A stretch of 64,000 bases of DNA, taken from the IMG/VR virus record IMGVR_UViG_3300010430_000013, positions 25,734 through 89,733 of that record. One strand, given 5' to 3'. The notes beneath the pieces are model-generated. The model was not told the DNA's origin. It did not search any database and saw nothing but the letters and a program-made list of their open reading frames with translations. The position numbers and the translations under genes were made by a program. Source of the stretch: a virus. How positions within the stretch are numbered: the first letter of the stretch is position 1; every line of letters begins with the position of its first letter. Below, in pieces: positions 49,195-59,539 of the stretch.

Positions 49195-50682
49195 TTATGG
49201 GCAGTCGTTTGGCAGAGTGTCGGTGCAATTCTGATAAACCCAGGTTACATTTCTGCTATATGTACCATCCGGGAAGGAGAATCCTTCATTATCTACTTCT
49301 CTAGCTAAAAAATCCACCCCAGACATGGTTTCTTCAACACAACACAAGAAATTTTCAACATGTGTTCTTTGTGTTGCACTCAATCCGAAGGCGGCTAGTC
49401 GAGCTGTTGAGCAGCCGCTTGTAGCAGCAGGACAGTCCTCATATGGAAAAATAACCTGAATGTTTACACTTTTTCTTTTTGTCGGCTGAGTTTGACAACT
49501 ACGCAAGATTGGTCCCGGAACACGTCCTGGAATTGGAATCTCAATGATTTGTTCTTGGTTATTGTCATCAGTAATCGAAATATTTTCAAAGATTGCGCCC
49601 TCGACAAGGGATAGTGGGCGATTATCATATGTATAATTATATGTAACCGTACCAGCTGTCGGACTATAACCTTTACTCTTGGTAACGGGCAGTGGATTTA
49701 TGCCGCAAAGCACCCCAGTAGGAGCACATAAACACTCAATCCTGGCGTATAGATTGTCCTCTATGGCGCTAAAGCATCCTAGAGCTTGCTCTATCTTGGT
49801 TTCAGTAATCTCATTAAAGTCTGCGGGGTTTCTAGTTTCAAAACCCGTTATCGTGCCTTGAATAGAATAGGTATTAATTCTAGATTGTGTATTCTCTTCG
49901 CAGGTAACGGTATAATCGTCAAGACAGCAATTGCCTGAACGATTACTTACTGTGAAAGCTTCGGTCATACTGTATGAACCAGCATGACGATTTAGGGTGC
50001 CTGAGCGAACATGGCCGCATACCGAAAAGTCATCAGCTCCAAAACCAAATTTTGGGTCTCCGGCAAACAAAGAAGCGTCGAATCCCAGTTGGTCATTTAC
50101 CCAATTTTGTGCAATAACATATCCAGAAGTAGTAGCTCCACTAATACAGCAATCAACGGCTGTAGCCTCTACCGTATGCTCAAATTGGAAGAAGGCAGTT
50201 CCGCTACACGAACCGACTGTATATGCAGCAGGCGTCTCCAATGGGGAGAAATTCCAGTTATCGGCAATACTTCTAATGCAAGAAAGACATTCTGCTCCGC
50301 CTGAAGTGGTAGCGATATTATCTTGTGCCTCATCCCATTCAACAGTCACAGAAATAGGAATAGTAACAGTCCAGTTGTCCGCTGACTGACCCCAAGAAAT
50401 ATTCTGTATCCTAACATAGGAGTCAATAATAACTCCAGAATCACACGAAAGGGTCATCTGAACACAGTTGTCACATGACTCAAATGCTTTATCCATCTCG
50501 TCTCGAAGCGAGAGTGGATTGTCTGGGTTGCTTTTATTTTCAGATAGAAGCGTACCTGTAAACGTAGCCGTTTTAAGGGCACCGATTGGCGCGCCAGCGT
50601 CTGTACGAATCCATGTTTTTTCAATGGAGACCACGGGAACTGGATCAAATTCGTAGCCACCTAGAGTTAATGATGCTGCCAT
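49195..50682 (-). CDS. distal tail-like protein
   Basis: Immediately after the tape measure; beta-rich. Confidence 0.6.
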   Translation of the reverse strand: MAASLTLGGYEFDPVPVVSIEKTWIRTDAGAPIGALKTATFTGTLLSENKSNPDNPLSLRDEMDKAFESCDNCVQMTLSCDSGVIIDSYVRIQNISWGQSADNWTVTIPISVTVEWDEAQDNIATTSGGAECLSCIRSIADNWNFSPLETPAAYTVGSCSGTAFFQFEHTVEATAVDCCISGATTSGYVIAQNWVNDQLGFDASLFAGDPKFGFGADDFSVCGHVRSGTLNRHAGSYSMTEAFTVSNRSGNCCLDDYTVTCEENTQSRINTYSIQGTITGFETRNPADFNEITETKIEQALGCFSAIEDNLYARIECLCAPTGVLCGINPLPVTKSKGYSPTAGTVTYNYTYDNRPLSLVEGAIFENISITDDNNQEQIIEIPIPGRVPGPILRSCQTQPTKRKSVNIQVIFPYEDCPAATSGCSTARLAAFGLSATQRTHVENFLCCVEETMSGVDFLAREVDNEGFSFPDGTYSRNVTWVYQNCTDTLPNDCP

Positions 50683-50683
50683 G

Positions 50684-53600
50684 TTATGCTCCGTTATCTC
50701 CGGCTGGGCTTACTCCGGGAGTTGGTGTTTGATTTGCGCCATCTACAAGAGCTTGTGCGTTTTGCTGAACTACTTGGCCAACTTTTTCTGCCAATTGATT
50801 TGTAAATGTTTCTGTTCCCTCGATTCTCAGAGGTGATGTGAATGCAACAGCAATTTGACTATTTGCTAAAGTTTCAGATGCTGCGATTTGTCTGTTGATT
50901 AGGTCCTCTTGGAGTCTTAGCTGTTCTCTCCGTGCTTCGTTCTCCAGATTGAATAGTTGCTCTCGTCTAGAGATAGCGTCCAGCTCTGCTGGATTATCTG
51001 GGCCGCTAAGTGCATTTGGAGTCAATGTGTTAGCCAGGATGTCTCTCGTGGATGCATTTCCAGCAACCCCGCCTAGTTGTTGACCCAGTCTACTAGCGAT
51101 AAGGTTTTCTAGGTCTTCTGATGAGCGTACTTGCGTTCCAAAGACGTTGTCGAAAGCTCCAGAAGCTAATTGATCAGCATTGAGAGAGCCTGCAAATTGT
51201 CTAGCGGTTTGAAGAGCCCCTCCAAGGTCCTCGCTCCTTACATTACCCCCGCCAGCGAATGCCCTAAAGACATCTAGATTTCTAGTGGCTTGACGTTGAG
51301 CCGTCGCTCCACCTGTTGCTAAGCTTTCAAGCAAGCTTCTAGACCCTTGACGAGCCTGGCCAATAGATGCAAGTTCATTGTTTACACTGGCTAGAGCTGC
51401 GGTCTGACTGGCGTTGAGAGTCAGCGCTTGAGTAAGACGAGCTATTTCCAAATTAGCCTGGGCTTGTGCTTGCTGACTTAGTCCACCGTTCTGAAGGGCG
51501 TTTCGCAGCTCTAAAATTCTGTCTCCAATTCCTGAATTATTTGTAGCAGAAATACCTCCAGAGAAAAACTGAGTTTGACTTCTAGAAAAAAGCCTTGCGC
51601 TTAAGGTAGCCGCTCTAGTGCCCTGAGGAGCGCCCCTACCAAAGAATTGATTTGACTGTTGTCTCTGGGAGAACTCTCGACCTCTCTGTTCTGACAACCC
51701 TCTCTCAAATTCAATAATAGAAGAATTTATAGTATTAAAGGCGTTTGCCAGGGAGGCAGAGCTTTGTTCAATAACCTTCAGACCATCTCCAGCAAATTTA
51801 GCCGCTCTTTCAAACTCTTCCAGTTCTGAGAGAGTATTGGTTAAGTTTCTGAGGTTATTTCCCTCAAGGAGACCGCCAAGGGTTCCTTCTACCCCCTGAA
51901 TTCCTCTTTCAATAGCATCCCGACCAGCAGCCGAAATATCATTATTATCCAAGAAATTCGATACGACTTCCTCAATGCTTGTTCCAATGTTAGCTTGTCC
52001 AGAACGCAACTGTCCTTGAATAGATCCAGCTAATTGATTTTGGACGGTCGCCCTGTCATTAATCAAACCGCTAGTCAGTCTAGCTGTTGAGCTATCTGTT
52101 ACTCTAGTTAGGTTGGTTAATTCTGCGGCAGCTCTCGCAGCAGCTGGCCCACGAAGATTTGAGAAGTCCCCAGAGAATGTTTGTCCTTGAACTCGACCCG
52201 AACCAATAGCTTCAAATGACTGAACGTTTCTGGCAAGAGAACTTGATAACTCTTGAAGACGTGCTGCAGCAATATCGATTCTATCAGAAAAAACAGACAG
52301 ATTTTTGCTAAATTCATTAGAAATTGATTGAGCATTAATGTCTGAAATAAATTGATCAATATTATCTCTAAGCCGATTCAATAAAACCGCTTCGCCAGAC
52401 TGTCCACCGCCTGCAGTCAATCCAACTGATCTAATTTGCGCTTCATTTAAGGTATTAAGAAAAGATTGACCAAGGTTTTCAGAGAGTCTATCTACTACAG
52501 CAACACCCGAATCTGAATCATCATTTACACTTGGAAGAGTTTCGCCTGATCTAATGCGCTCTTGAAGAGCAGTTCTAGCAAACGTATCTAATTGATCTTT
52601 AATAACATCCGTTGTGGGACCCAATGCTGAATTGATTTCTTGTTGCCTAGCCGCTCTTTCAGAAGAAACTACTCTGTCTCTTGCCGTGGTTCTTCGCTCA
52701 AGACCCCCTAAGAAAATATCGCTTGCGACAGCTAAACCTTGCGTGCTTAGACTAGCTCGGTTAAAATCTGCCCTGTCTCTTTGGTTTAGTCCAACGAGAC
52801 CGCTGTCAATTCCTCGTCTAAATTGTCTGCTTTGAGTTCTTATTGCTACATTAAATTCTCGAAGATCACCCTCTGTGGCCTCGGCAAAATTACTGATTTC
52901 TTGAGTAACTTTTTCTAGCGAAATGTCTCCACTTAAATCTGGCGGTATGATATCAGCCAAAACATCTCGGAATTTTTCTAGCTCCTCTGTGTTTGCAGCT
53001 TTTGTTAAATTTCTTAAGGTTCCTTCAAGACCAACTAAAGCCCCTACGGCTGCCCCAACAGGACCGCCAAACTGAGCGCCTACTGCCGCGCCTGTTAATC
53101 CAGCACCTACAGATCTGATTGTATTGTCTTCAGATTGGCCCAAAGCTAATCCGCCAATACCTGCGCCAACAGATGCTGCGCTTAAAAACTGACTTTGTCC
53201 AAACAACTGAGAGAATCCTGGTCGTCTTGCATCGATTGCAGATCTAGCGCGGTCACGAATATTGCTCGCAACAACACCAGTTCTTCGACGAATCCGATTA
53301 AGCCTGCTTTCGATAGGGGCAGGATTAAGGGCGTCTAGAGCGTCTCGGCGTAATCGGGCGTCTCTATTTGATTCAAAAGCCTCCCTTGACGGACCAAATT
53401 GTTGTCCTGGGCCGACTCCAGCAAGCGCCTGAAGCGCATCGATTCTTTGTGCAGAAGCCGAGTCTAGTTCAGCCTTTACAACGGGCTTGAGACCGGGAGT
53501 TCCTCCTCCAAGGTTAACCCTACGAGACTCTACTTGTGCCCTTGTTGCTGGATTAGTTAAATCAACGACACCAAAAGCGCTTCGTGCCTGCGTTGCAGAA

Positions 53601-55996
53601 GCATCGCGAGCATTCGCTCTTGGGGCGCTTCTAGCGGCAGCTTCTCTAGATTGTCTCTTTAAAAACTCTATCTCTGATTTTTTTCTTTCTTGGGCCTGTT
53701 TGATAGAAGTTTCTTGTTGTTGGAATAAATCAATAGCTTCTGATTGCTGTAAATTCTTTTTAAGCTCACGAAATTCGTTGGTGGCTTGTTGATCTTTTTG
53801 CGCTTGACTAGGGGAAGGTAAATTCAAGCTTCCGCTGTTTGTCCCGCCCCCCCTTACTGGGCCTCTAACATTATCGGGCTGCGTTGTATTGCCTTCGCGC
53901 CCCTGGCGGTCTACTGCTCTTTGAACTCGAACTTCTTCTGCGCGTCTGTTTCCAGCTGTTAAAACGTTAGATTCTTCGAGAGCGTCGAAAGAATTCTGAA
54001 CGCCTTCAGCAGTCAGTTTGTTTACCGCAGCTAAATCCGAAGAAGCATTTCTAATGATAGACGCGACTCTAGTAATTGAGGCACCGGCATTTTCTCCTGC
54101 TCCAACTAATCTCTGGAATGCTTGATTGGCTGCAGCAAAAAGACGCTGGTTTGTTTGGGCTAAACTATTAATTAGAGTTAAATCAGCAGGGCTTCCGCTG
54201 CGCCCCCCAACGTTAAATCCTACTCGACCCCCTTTATTAAACCCTTGAGATAAAAATCTAGCAGCTCCGCTTCTTCTAATTACAACTCCAGGAGGAAGCT
54301 CTGTTGGAATAGAGTCAACATTAGCAGCAGAGCCAGCTGTAAATAGGTGAACGCCACTTGCAATCTCAGTAGCGCCTCTGATTCGCCCGCCTGCATTGTA
54401 ATTATTGTAAGCAAGTACGTTGCTTGCTCCGCCATACTTTCCAAGTTGAGACTCTTCAATAAAAATCTCACCTTTGGTCGTCATGGCATTGATGCTTCCG
54501 CCAACTCGTCCTCCAGAATTAAACCCTCGACCTCTCGCAAAACCTCTGCCTGCTCCCAGGAGAGATGCCCCAATACGTACCGTGCCGATTGCCGCGATAA
54601 GCGGAATAAGCGGCTCTAAAGCGTTGGCAAGTGAAACTGCTGCGTTCGCAGTTGTAATAAACGTTCCAGCAATAGTTTGAAAAGCTTCGCTTCCTACGAT
54701 GGTTCTGGCTAATGCTGCAAATCTTTGTTGAAGTTTTTCAATTTGAACTGACAGGTTCTGCTGAGCAAGAGCAACGTCTTCTGCGACAGATCCGCTTGAA
54801 CTTTGAGCCTCTGTTAGCAACTCTTGAATACGACGAGTTCGCGTCAGCAAAGGAACCACTCTGTTGAACTGACGAAGTCCACCAATCTGTTCTGCAATTC
54901 TTGAGAAAGCTGGGTCAGTAGGAGCTAATCCGCTAAGGGCTTCTCCAATTTCTCTTAAGGCATTCGCTGCACCAATAAACTCAGTTCTGTTGGTTTGTTC
55001 GTTGGTTTTTTGTAGTTCAATATTGAAGTCTCTAAGAACTTCTACAGTTTCCCTACGATTCAACCTCGGAAGAATAGTTCTAAGAGACGTACCTACAGTA
55101 GCACCGCTCTCTCGGGTGGTTTCAATAACTGTGGCAAAGATAGCCGAGAATTCTCTCAAGTTATCCAGATTAAGAGCAGAGCCGGTTGCTCGTTCCGTTG
55201 CTCCACTTAGGGCGGCAAAAGCAGCACCACCACGTCTCAAGCCATCAAACAACTCAGCAACACTAGTGTTGGCTTCTTTGGCGACTGCATTCAAAGAATC
55301 GAATACGTCTGTACTTTGTCTCTCAAGAAGGCGAAACTGAGTATTCAATGCGAGAATAGAGTTAGCTGTAGTTCTCAGATCTGGAAAGCTTGCAGTCAAA
55401 GTAGTCTGACCAACAGCCTCAAGAAGAGTCTGAGTCTCGCTGATTGACTTACCGGCCTGAAGGAAGACTTGAGCTACCCGAGCCAGTTCAACCGCCGAAG
55501 TTCCATAGCTTTGAGAAACTTCGCTAATAGTGTTAGCTAGGCCTCTAGTGGATGCATTGGTTACGTTGGCTAGCTGAGCTACTCTGACAAGCTCTCTATT
55601 AAACTCAAGCGCCTCTCGGGTCGCTCCAGCTAACGTATCAACAAGTGTGCTAATGCCTCGACTAGCAATCAAGTAACCTGTAAATCTACGAACAGTGATT
55701 CGAGTTTGCTGACCAAGCTTTTCTGTTTCAGAAGTAGTTTTTTCAATTCTACTAGTAAGCAGGGTATTAGTCTGAGCAGCAGCTCGATTGGCTCTAGAGA
55801 GAGTGTCTAGCCCTTTAGCTGTCGCGCCCGCTGAATTAGCAATGGCGCGTAGCTGATCTGGAGTTTGAGCAAGCTGGGGGTCTACCGTCACACCTCGCCT
55901 AGACAACTTGTTGAGCTGGGATTCAGCTTGTTTAAGTTGCTGATTAAGGCGTTGTGTTTGAAGACGTAGTTCTATATTAAGATCAAAATCTGCCAA
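50684..55996 (-). CDS. tail tape measure protein
   Basis: 1770 aa, A/R/Q-rich helical; TP901-like core (RESGATVGTSLRTI); FNxGGRVG motifs; TTG start. Confidence 0.9.
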   Translation of the reverse strand: MADFDLNIELRLQTQRLNQQLKQAESQLNKLSRRGVTVDPQLAQTPDQLRAIANSAGATAKGLDTLSRANRAAAQTNTLLTSRIEKTTSETEKLGQQTRITVRRFTGYLIASRGISTLVDTLAGATREALEFNRELVRVAQLANVTNASTRGLANTISEVSQSYGTSAVELARVAQVFLQAGKSISETQTLLEAVGQTTLTASFPDLRTTANSILALNTQFRLLERQSTDVFDSLNAVAKEANTSVAELFDGLRRGGAAFAALSGATERATGSALNLDNLREFSAIFATVIETTRESGATVGTSLRTILPRLNRRETVEVLRDFNIELQKTNEQTNRTEFIGAANALREIGEALSGLAPTDPAFSRIAEQIGGLRQFNRVVPLLTRTRRIQELLTEAQSSSGSVAEDVALAQQNLSVQIEKLQQRFAALARTIVGSEAFQTIAGTFITTANAAVSLANALEPLIPLIAAIGTVRIGASLLGAGRGFARGRGFNSGGRVGGSINAMTTKGEIFIEESQLGKYGGASNVLAYNNYNAGGRIRGATEIASGVHLFTAGSAANVDSIPTELPPGVVIRRSGAARFLSQGFNKGGRVGFNVGGRSGSPADLTLINSLAQTNQRLFAAANQAFQRLVGAGENAGASITRVASIIRNASSDLAAVNKLTAEGVQNSFDALEESNVLTAGNRRAEEVRVQRAVDRQGREGNTTQPDNVRGPVRGGGTNSGSLNLPSPSQAQKDQQATNEFRELKKNLQQSEAIDLFQQQETSIKQAQERKKSEIEFLKRQSREAAARSAPRANARDASATQARSAFGVVDLTNPATRAQVESRRVNLGGGTPGLKPVVKAELDSASAQRIDALQALAGVGPGQQFGPSREAFESNRDARLRRDALDALNPAPIESRLNRIRRRTGVVASNIRDRARSAIDARRPGFSQLFGQSQFLSAASVGAGIGGLALGQSEDNTIRSVGAGLTGAAVGAQFGGPVGAAVGALVGLEGTLRNLTKAANTEELEKFRDVLADIIPPDLSGDISLEKVTQEISNFAEATEGDLREFNVAIRTQSRQFRRGIDSGLVGLNQRDRADFNRASLSTQGLAVASDIFLGGLERRTTARDRVVSSERAARQQEINSALGPTTDVIKDQLDTFARTALQERIRSGETLPSVNDDSDSGVAVVDRLSENLGQSFLNTLNEAQIRSVGLTAGGGQSGEAVLLNRLRDNIDQFISDINAQSISNEFSKNLSVFSDRIDIAAARLQELSSSLARNVQSFEAIGSGRVQGQTFSGDFSNLRGPAAARAAAELTNLTRVTDSSTARLTSGLINDRATVQNQLAGSIQGQLRSGQANIGTSIEEVVSNFLDNNDISAAGRDAIERGIQGVEGTLGGLLEGNNLRNLTNTLSELEEFERAAKFAGDGLKVIEQSSASLANAFNTINSSIIEFERGLSEQRGREFSQRQQSNQFFGRGAPQGTRAATLSARLFSRSQTQFFSGGISATNNSGIGDRILELRNALQNGGLSQQAQAQANLEIARLTQALTLNASQTAALASVNNELASIGQARQGSRSLLESLATGGATAQRQATRNLDVFRAFAGGGNVRSEDLGGALQTARQFAGSLNADQLASGAFDNVFGTQVRSSEDLENLIASRLGQQLGGVAGNASTRDILANTLTPNALSGPDNPAELDAISRREQLFNLENEARREQLRLQEDLINRQIAASETLANSQIAVAFTSPLRIEGTETFTNQLAEKVGQVVQQNAQALVDGANQTPTPGVSPAGDNGA

Positions 55997-56020
55997 GATT
56001 AGACCCCTTTGCTTTTAAGT

Positions 56021-56815
56021 TTATTCTTCCTTGGGAGCTTCTGGCTCTTCAGGAGTGTCTGCGTTTTCAGAAGCTTCCGTGTTTTCAGAGGCTTCCGTGT
56101 TTTCAGGCTCAGGCTCGGAAACTTCTACTTTTTCTGGAGCATTTAAGAATGGTTTCTTTTCTTTGGGCTCTGGCTCAGGTTCCACTTCTGGTTCTGGATC
56201 AATAGGGTTCCCGTCCTTATCCAAAATAATCATTTCATCATTCATTCGACCATAATCAAGAAGGAACTTGTTCTCGGGCAGGGTCTTGTAGAAATCGTTA
56301 TTCAGTCCAATATCTTGCGACACAGCGACATAAATCAATGGATCATTTTCTTCTTTAGCAACCAAAAAGTCCTCAAAGGTTTTATATGGACGACGCTTGT
56401 TCTTTGATTGCTTTAGGCTTGCCCAAAGAAGATAGTCAGATTCAGCAGTTTCAGCTTGACGCTCAGCCGAATGAGAGAGTAGCTCAGAAATAGTCATGTT
56501 CATTGCGAAGATTTTATTTCTAAGTTCTCCAGCTTTAACTGCATCTTCTACGGCCTCCTCAAAGTCATATCCCCCCTCATCCAACTTTTCTAGAAGCGCC
56601 TGCAGCTCAATCTGGAGTTCTTCCATCTCTTGGTCCTTCTTTTCAGACCAAACACCCCATTCTTTAGCTTTTTCCAGAGCGTTAGCTTGCAAAAATGCAC
56701 CGTCCTCAAGAGCCTTAAAAAAAGCTCGGCGATAGACGGTCTTTCCCTCTTGGCGCTCTTTAGCGCTTACAGGTGCCAAAACATACTCTGTGTCTTGATA
56801 TTCAAAAGTCTTCAT
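56021..56815 (-). CDS. putative tail assembly chaperone
   Basis: Between tube-like and tape measure genes; acidic EP-rich tail. Confidence 0.55.
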   Translation of the reverse strand: MKTFEYQDTEYVLAPVSAKERQEGKTVYRRAFFKALEDGAFLQANALEKAKEWGVWSEKKDQEMEELQIELQALLEKLDEGGYDFEEAVEDAVKAGELRNKIFAMNMTISELLSHSAERQAETAESDYLLWASLKQSKNKRRPYKTFEDFLVAKEENDPLIYVAVSQDIGLNNDFYKTLPENKFLLDYGRMNDEMIILDKDGNPIDPEPEVEPEPEPKEKKPFLNAPEKVEVSEPEPENTEASENTEASENADTPEEPEAPKEE

Positions 56816-56831
56816 TTAATAAATCCTCAAT

Positions 56832-57119
56832 TCACTCGTCATAGTAATTACGGTTTTTACGAATAGAAAAATTGTTAATATTATTAAGCAGGATATCTTG
56901 CGACTCCTTGCCTCTTTCCTTAATTTGATGTCTAACGTACTCCCAGGTTTCACGAAACTCCTTTTGGTCTTCTGTTAATTCTTCAAGCTCTAGTCCGTGT
57001 CCCCAGAGTTCTCCGAAGTTGGTTTCTAATATCTCAAGAACGCCGATGGTAATTGTTTTTACACTGATTCGTACGCCATTCTTGAGGTAGGACTTATCTG
57101 ATATTCTATTGTTAGACAT
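56832..57119 (-). CDS. hypothetical protein
   Basis: Coupled ORF. Confidence 0.65.
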   Translation of the reverse strand: MSNNRISDKSYLKNGVRISVKTITIGVLEILETNFGELWGHGLELEELTEDQKEFRETWEYVRHQIKERGKESQDILLNNINNFSIRKNRNYYDE

Positions 57120-58078
57120 TACTTAAATACCTGTGTTCGTTTTTTGAACTCCGACTCCTTAACGGCACCTTTTGTTTGGAGTTCTTTGAATCTTGCTTTT
57201 TGCATGGTTCTGGCACTTCCAGAATTACTTGAATAGATAGCATTTGCCTCTTCTTGAGTTTCTGCAGTAATAAATACATTTTCTCTATTTTTTACTGAGG
57301 CAGGGATGTTATCAGAGGCTTTCCCTTTATCCTGACTCAAAATCCAACCGTCCAGAGCATCGTCATCATTTATGATGAAGGCCGGAGGACAATCCGTATG
57401 TTGGAAAATATTTTCGTACATATTTATATATGACAAAAACATCAACTGTAGCTCATTTGGATACTTAGGGAAAACTTCACCCTTTTTTAACCCAAAAAGT
57501 AGCTGTGTAGAATTAGCTCGCGCTAGCTTGCGAATTTCTTCTCCATCTGGATAGGTTGAAAGTATTTGATACTTTGCTTGGTCGATTAGAGAAGTTTCAA
57601 CTTCGATTGGCTCACGAGTTCTTAAATCAAGAAAACATTTAGAGATTAGATAGTCCTCTGCGGCGTCCGCTATATGGCCTTCTCGGGACTTTTTACGAAT
57701 AGTAGCAAGGCTGCTCTCAAAGAATCTGAGACGATTTTGAGGGCCCTCTAGGGCTCTACGGGCCTTTTTAAGTTGTGGGTCTTCTAGATTACCCTTGGCA
57801 GAAATTGCAGCGCCATAAATGTCTTTTTTAGCGCTTTTTATTTGAGACTCTAAGGACTTCATATGGCTCTCATAATCATGATCAAGCAAGCCCTTAAATA
57901 AGTACCAGTCGATTAATTTTTTTTCAGGCCAAATTTCAAGCCATTTTGTTGACTCAACTATTTCGCTCTTGTATTGTTCAGAATCCCAAACAATCTCTGG
58001 AGCGGGACATAAGTCCACTAAGTATCTATTTTTATTAAAGGTTATTGGGTAGTATTGCAGCAAAATTCTACTGAGCAT
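57119..58078 (-). CDS. putative tail assembly chaperone / hypothetical protein
   Basis: NIFQHTDCPP..IINDDDALDGW; position. Confidence 0.55.
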   Translation of the reverse strand: MLSRILLQYYPITFNKNRYLVDLCPAPEIVWDSEQYKSEIVESTKWLEIWPEKKLIDWYLFKGLLDHDYESHMKSLESQIKSAKKDIYGAAISAKGNLEDPQLKKARRALEGPQNRLRFFESSLATIRKKSREGHIADAAEDYLISKCFLDLRTREPIEVETSLIDQAKYQILSTYPDGEEIRKLARANSTQLLFGLKKGEVFPKYPNELQLMFLSYINMYENIFQHTDCPPAFIINDDDALDGWILSQDKGKASDNIPASVKNRENVFITAETQEEANAIYSSNSGSARTMQKARFKELQTKGAVKESEFKKRTQVFK

Positions 58079-58110
58079 GTACGGCTTCCGCGCAAAAATC
58101 TATGGAAGAA

Positions 58111-58147
58111 TAAAATGTTAACCGGGAGAATTTCCCCCGGTTAACGC
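58111..58147 (-). terminator. intrinsic terminator after the major tail gene
   Basis: GTTAACCGGG/CCCGGTTAAC stem followed by ATTTTA on the - strand. Confidence 0.7.
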
Positions 58148-58153
58148 GTTACT

Positions 58154-59473
58154 CTAGTTACACAACCAAGTGTCACGAGCTGCCCACCATGTGGCTGCAT
58201 TGTCTTCGCAACCATTTTCGTGCATGACCGTCATCGTGTTAAACGTCTGGAAGTTATAAGTAATGGTCATGTTATCACCATCGGTGGATGCACCACTCAT
58301 GGAGATACTTTGAATCTTGTTTTGGGTTCCAGTGTAGATTCTCAAACCACCACAGATAGCAACTCGAATCGTTCCTTGGCGTAGGTTTTCACCAGCCGTA
58401 TCACAGAAAGAGCCAGTCGGAAGACTTGGGGTAAATGCACCAGCTTCGGTAGCACTCAATGCCGAGTCAAATTCCGAAACAACCTCAATCGATGTGTTAA
58501 CTGTAATAGGAGGCGTAATCGTACGAGTACGAGGGGCGCGAGTTCCAAGGGCAGTCAACTCTTCTCGGTTAAGGTCAGCGCTGAATGAGATACTTTGAAC
58601 AGCAACTGCGTTATTCAGGTTTGTGCCATCGCAAGCAACACCAGGAATAATAGCCGGGAGAACCGTCGTATCAGGGTCGCAAAGAGCACCATTTACATCA
58701 AGCGTTTCTGTAAAGTCTTCATTCGACTCATCCCAGATAAAGTCTTCACGATACTGAGGCTTACGAACCTGACCGCTTGGCATAGCTGGGCCAGGAGTAC
58801 CACTCTCACAACAAGCATCAAAGCTAATCGAGGCAACATCAGCCAAGAATTGAGCCGTGTAGCTAAAGTTCAGTGTACCCGTACAGTCAGCAATGTCGTT
58901 AATGTCGTCGGTTGGGTTCGTCCAAATAATATCATTACCAACGAAGGTGATGTCTTCGGAGAACGGAGTGTTGTCCGAACCGAAGGTGTACGAGATGCTA
59001 TTGATCTGTGCATCAGGGAATACTACAACTGCGCGTGGCGTCGAGCTACCCGAGCTACCTGTGCTGTCTTCATCACAAGGGAAAATAGCACTTGCGATAT
59101 GACATTTGCAAGCGGCGCGACCAAAGAGAGTCGGCTGGTTTGCTTCTTTGGTAGCCATAGAGTAAATTGGGCAGCTACCATCCAAAATTTTGTTTACAGT
59201 AATTTCTACCTGAGGCAAGCCTTCGTTAATGAAGTAAGGCTCACTGTCACAGAATTCGAATACTGGACTCAGGTCAAAGTTAGCGTCGTAGCCCATGCTT
59301 TGAACGCCAAATGCCTGTTGTTGCGAAGCGTCTCCGGGAATAGGCGCACCACAACCAAAATTGTATTTCGTTCCCGGCGTGCCTGATTCTTTGGCGTCAC
59401 TATCAGCCTTGGACATAATACCAAGCTGGCGATTCGCCCATTTGACACTTCCGCAACTTCCAGCACTAGCCAT
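58154..59473 (-). CDS. putative major tail tube protein
   Basis: Own promoter motif and terminator; GVQSMG, VQSISFSADLNREELTALG, ITYNFQ. Confidence 0.65.
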   Translation of the reverse strand: MASAGSCGSVKWANRQLGIMSKADSDAKESGTPGTKYNFGCGAPIPGDASQQQAFGVQSMGYDANFDLSPVFEFCDSEPYFINEGLPQVEITVNKILDGSCPIYSMATKEANQPTLFGRAACKCHIASAIFPCDEDSTGSSGSSTPRAVVVFPDAQINSISYTFGSDNTPFSEDITFVGNDIIWTNPTDDINDIADCTGTLNFSYTAQFLADVASISFDACCESGTPGPAMPSGQVRKPQYREDFIWDESNEDFTETLDVNGALCDPDTTVLPAIIPGVACDGTNLNNAVAVQSISFSADLNREELTALGTRAPRTRTITPPITVNTSIEVVSEFDSALSATEAGAFTPSLPTGSFCDTAGENLRQGTIRVAICGGLRIYTGTQNKIQSISMSGASTDGDNMTITYNFQTFNTMTVMHENGCEDNAATWWAARDTWLCN

Positions 59474-59515
59474 ATTATTTATTCCTAATTTTAATTAAAA
59501 TAAAGGGTATTAGTC

Positions 59516-59535
59516 TATTATATATACACCAAAAA
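59516..59535 (-). promoter_or_regulatory. phage-specific promoter motif TTTGGTGTATATA
   Basis: Similar motif at 5562, 8902, 10732, 18586 (+) and 63243-63260, 63853-63870 (-), each upstream of a gene. Confidence 0.65.
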
Positions 59536-59539
59536 TTGG

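Noticed and set aside
58595-59386. 263-aa + strand ORF
   Set aside because: Antisense shadow of the major tail gene with no recognisable motifs
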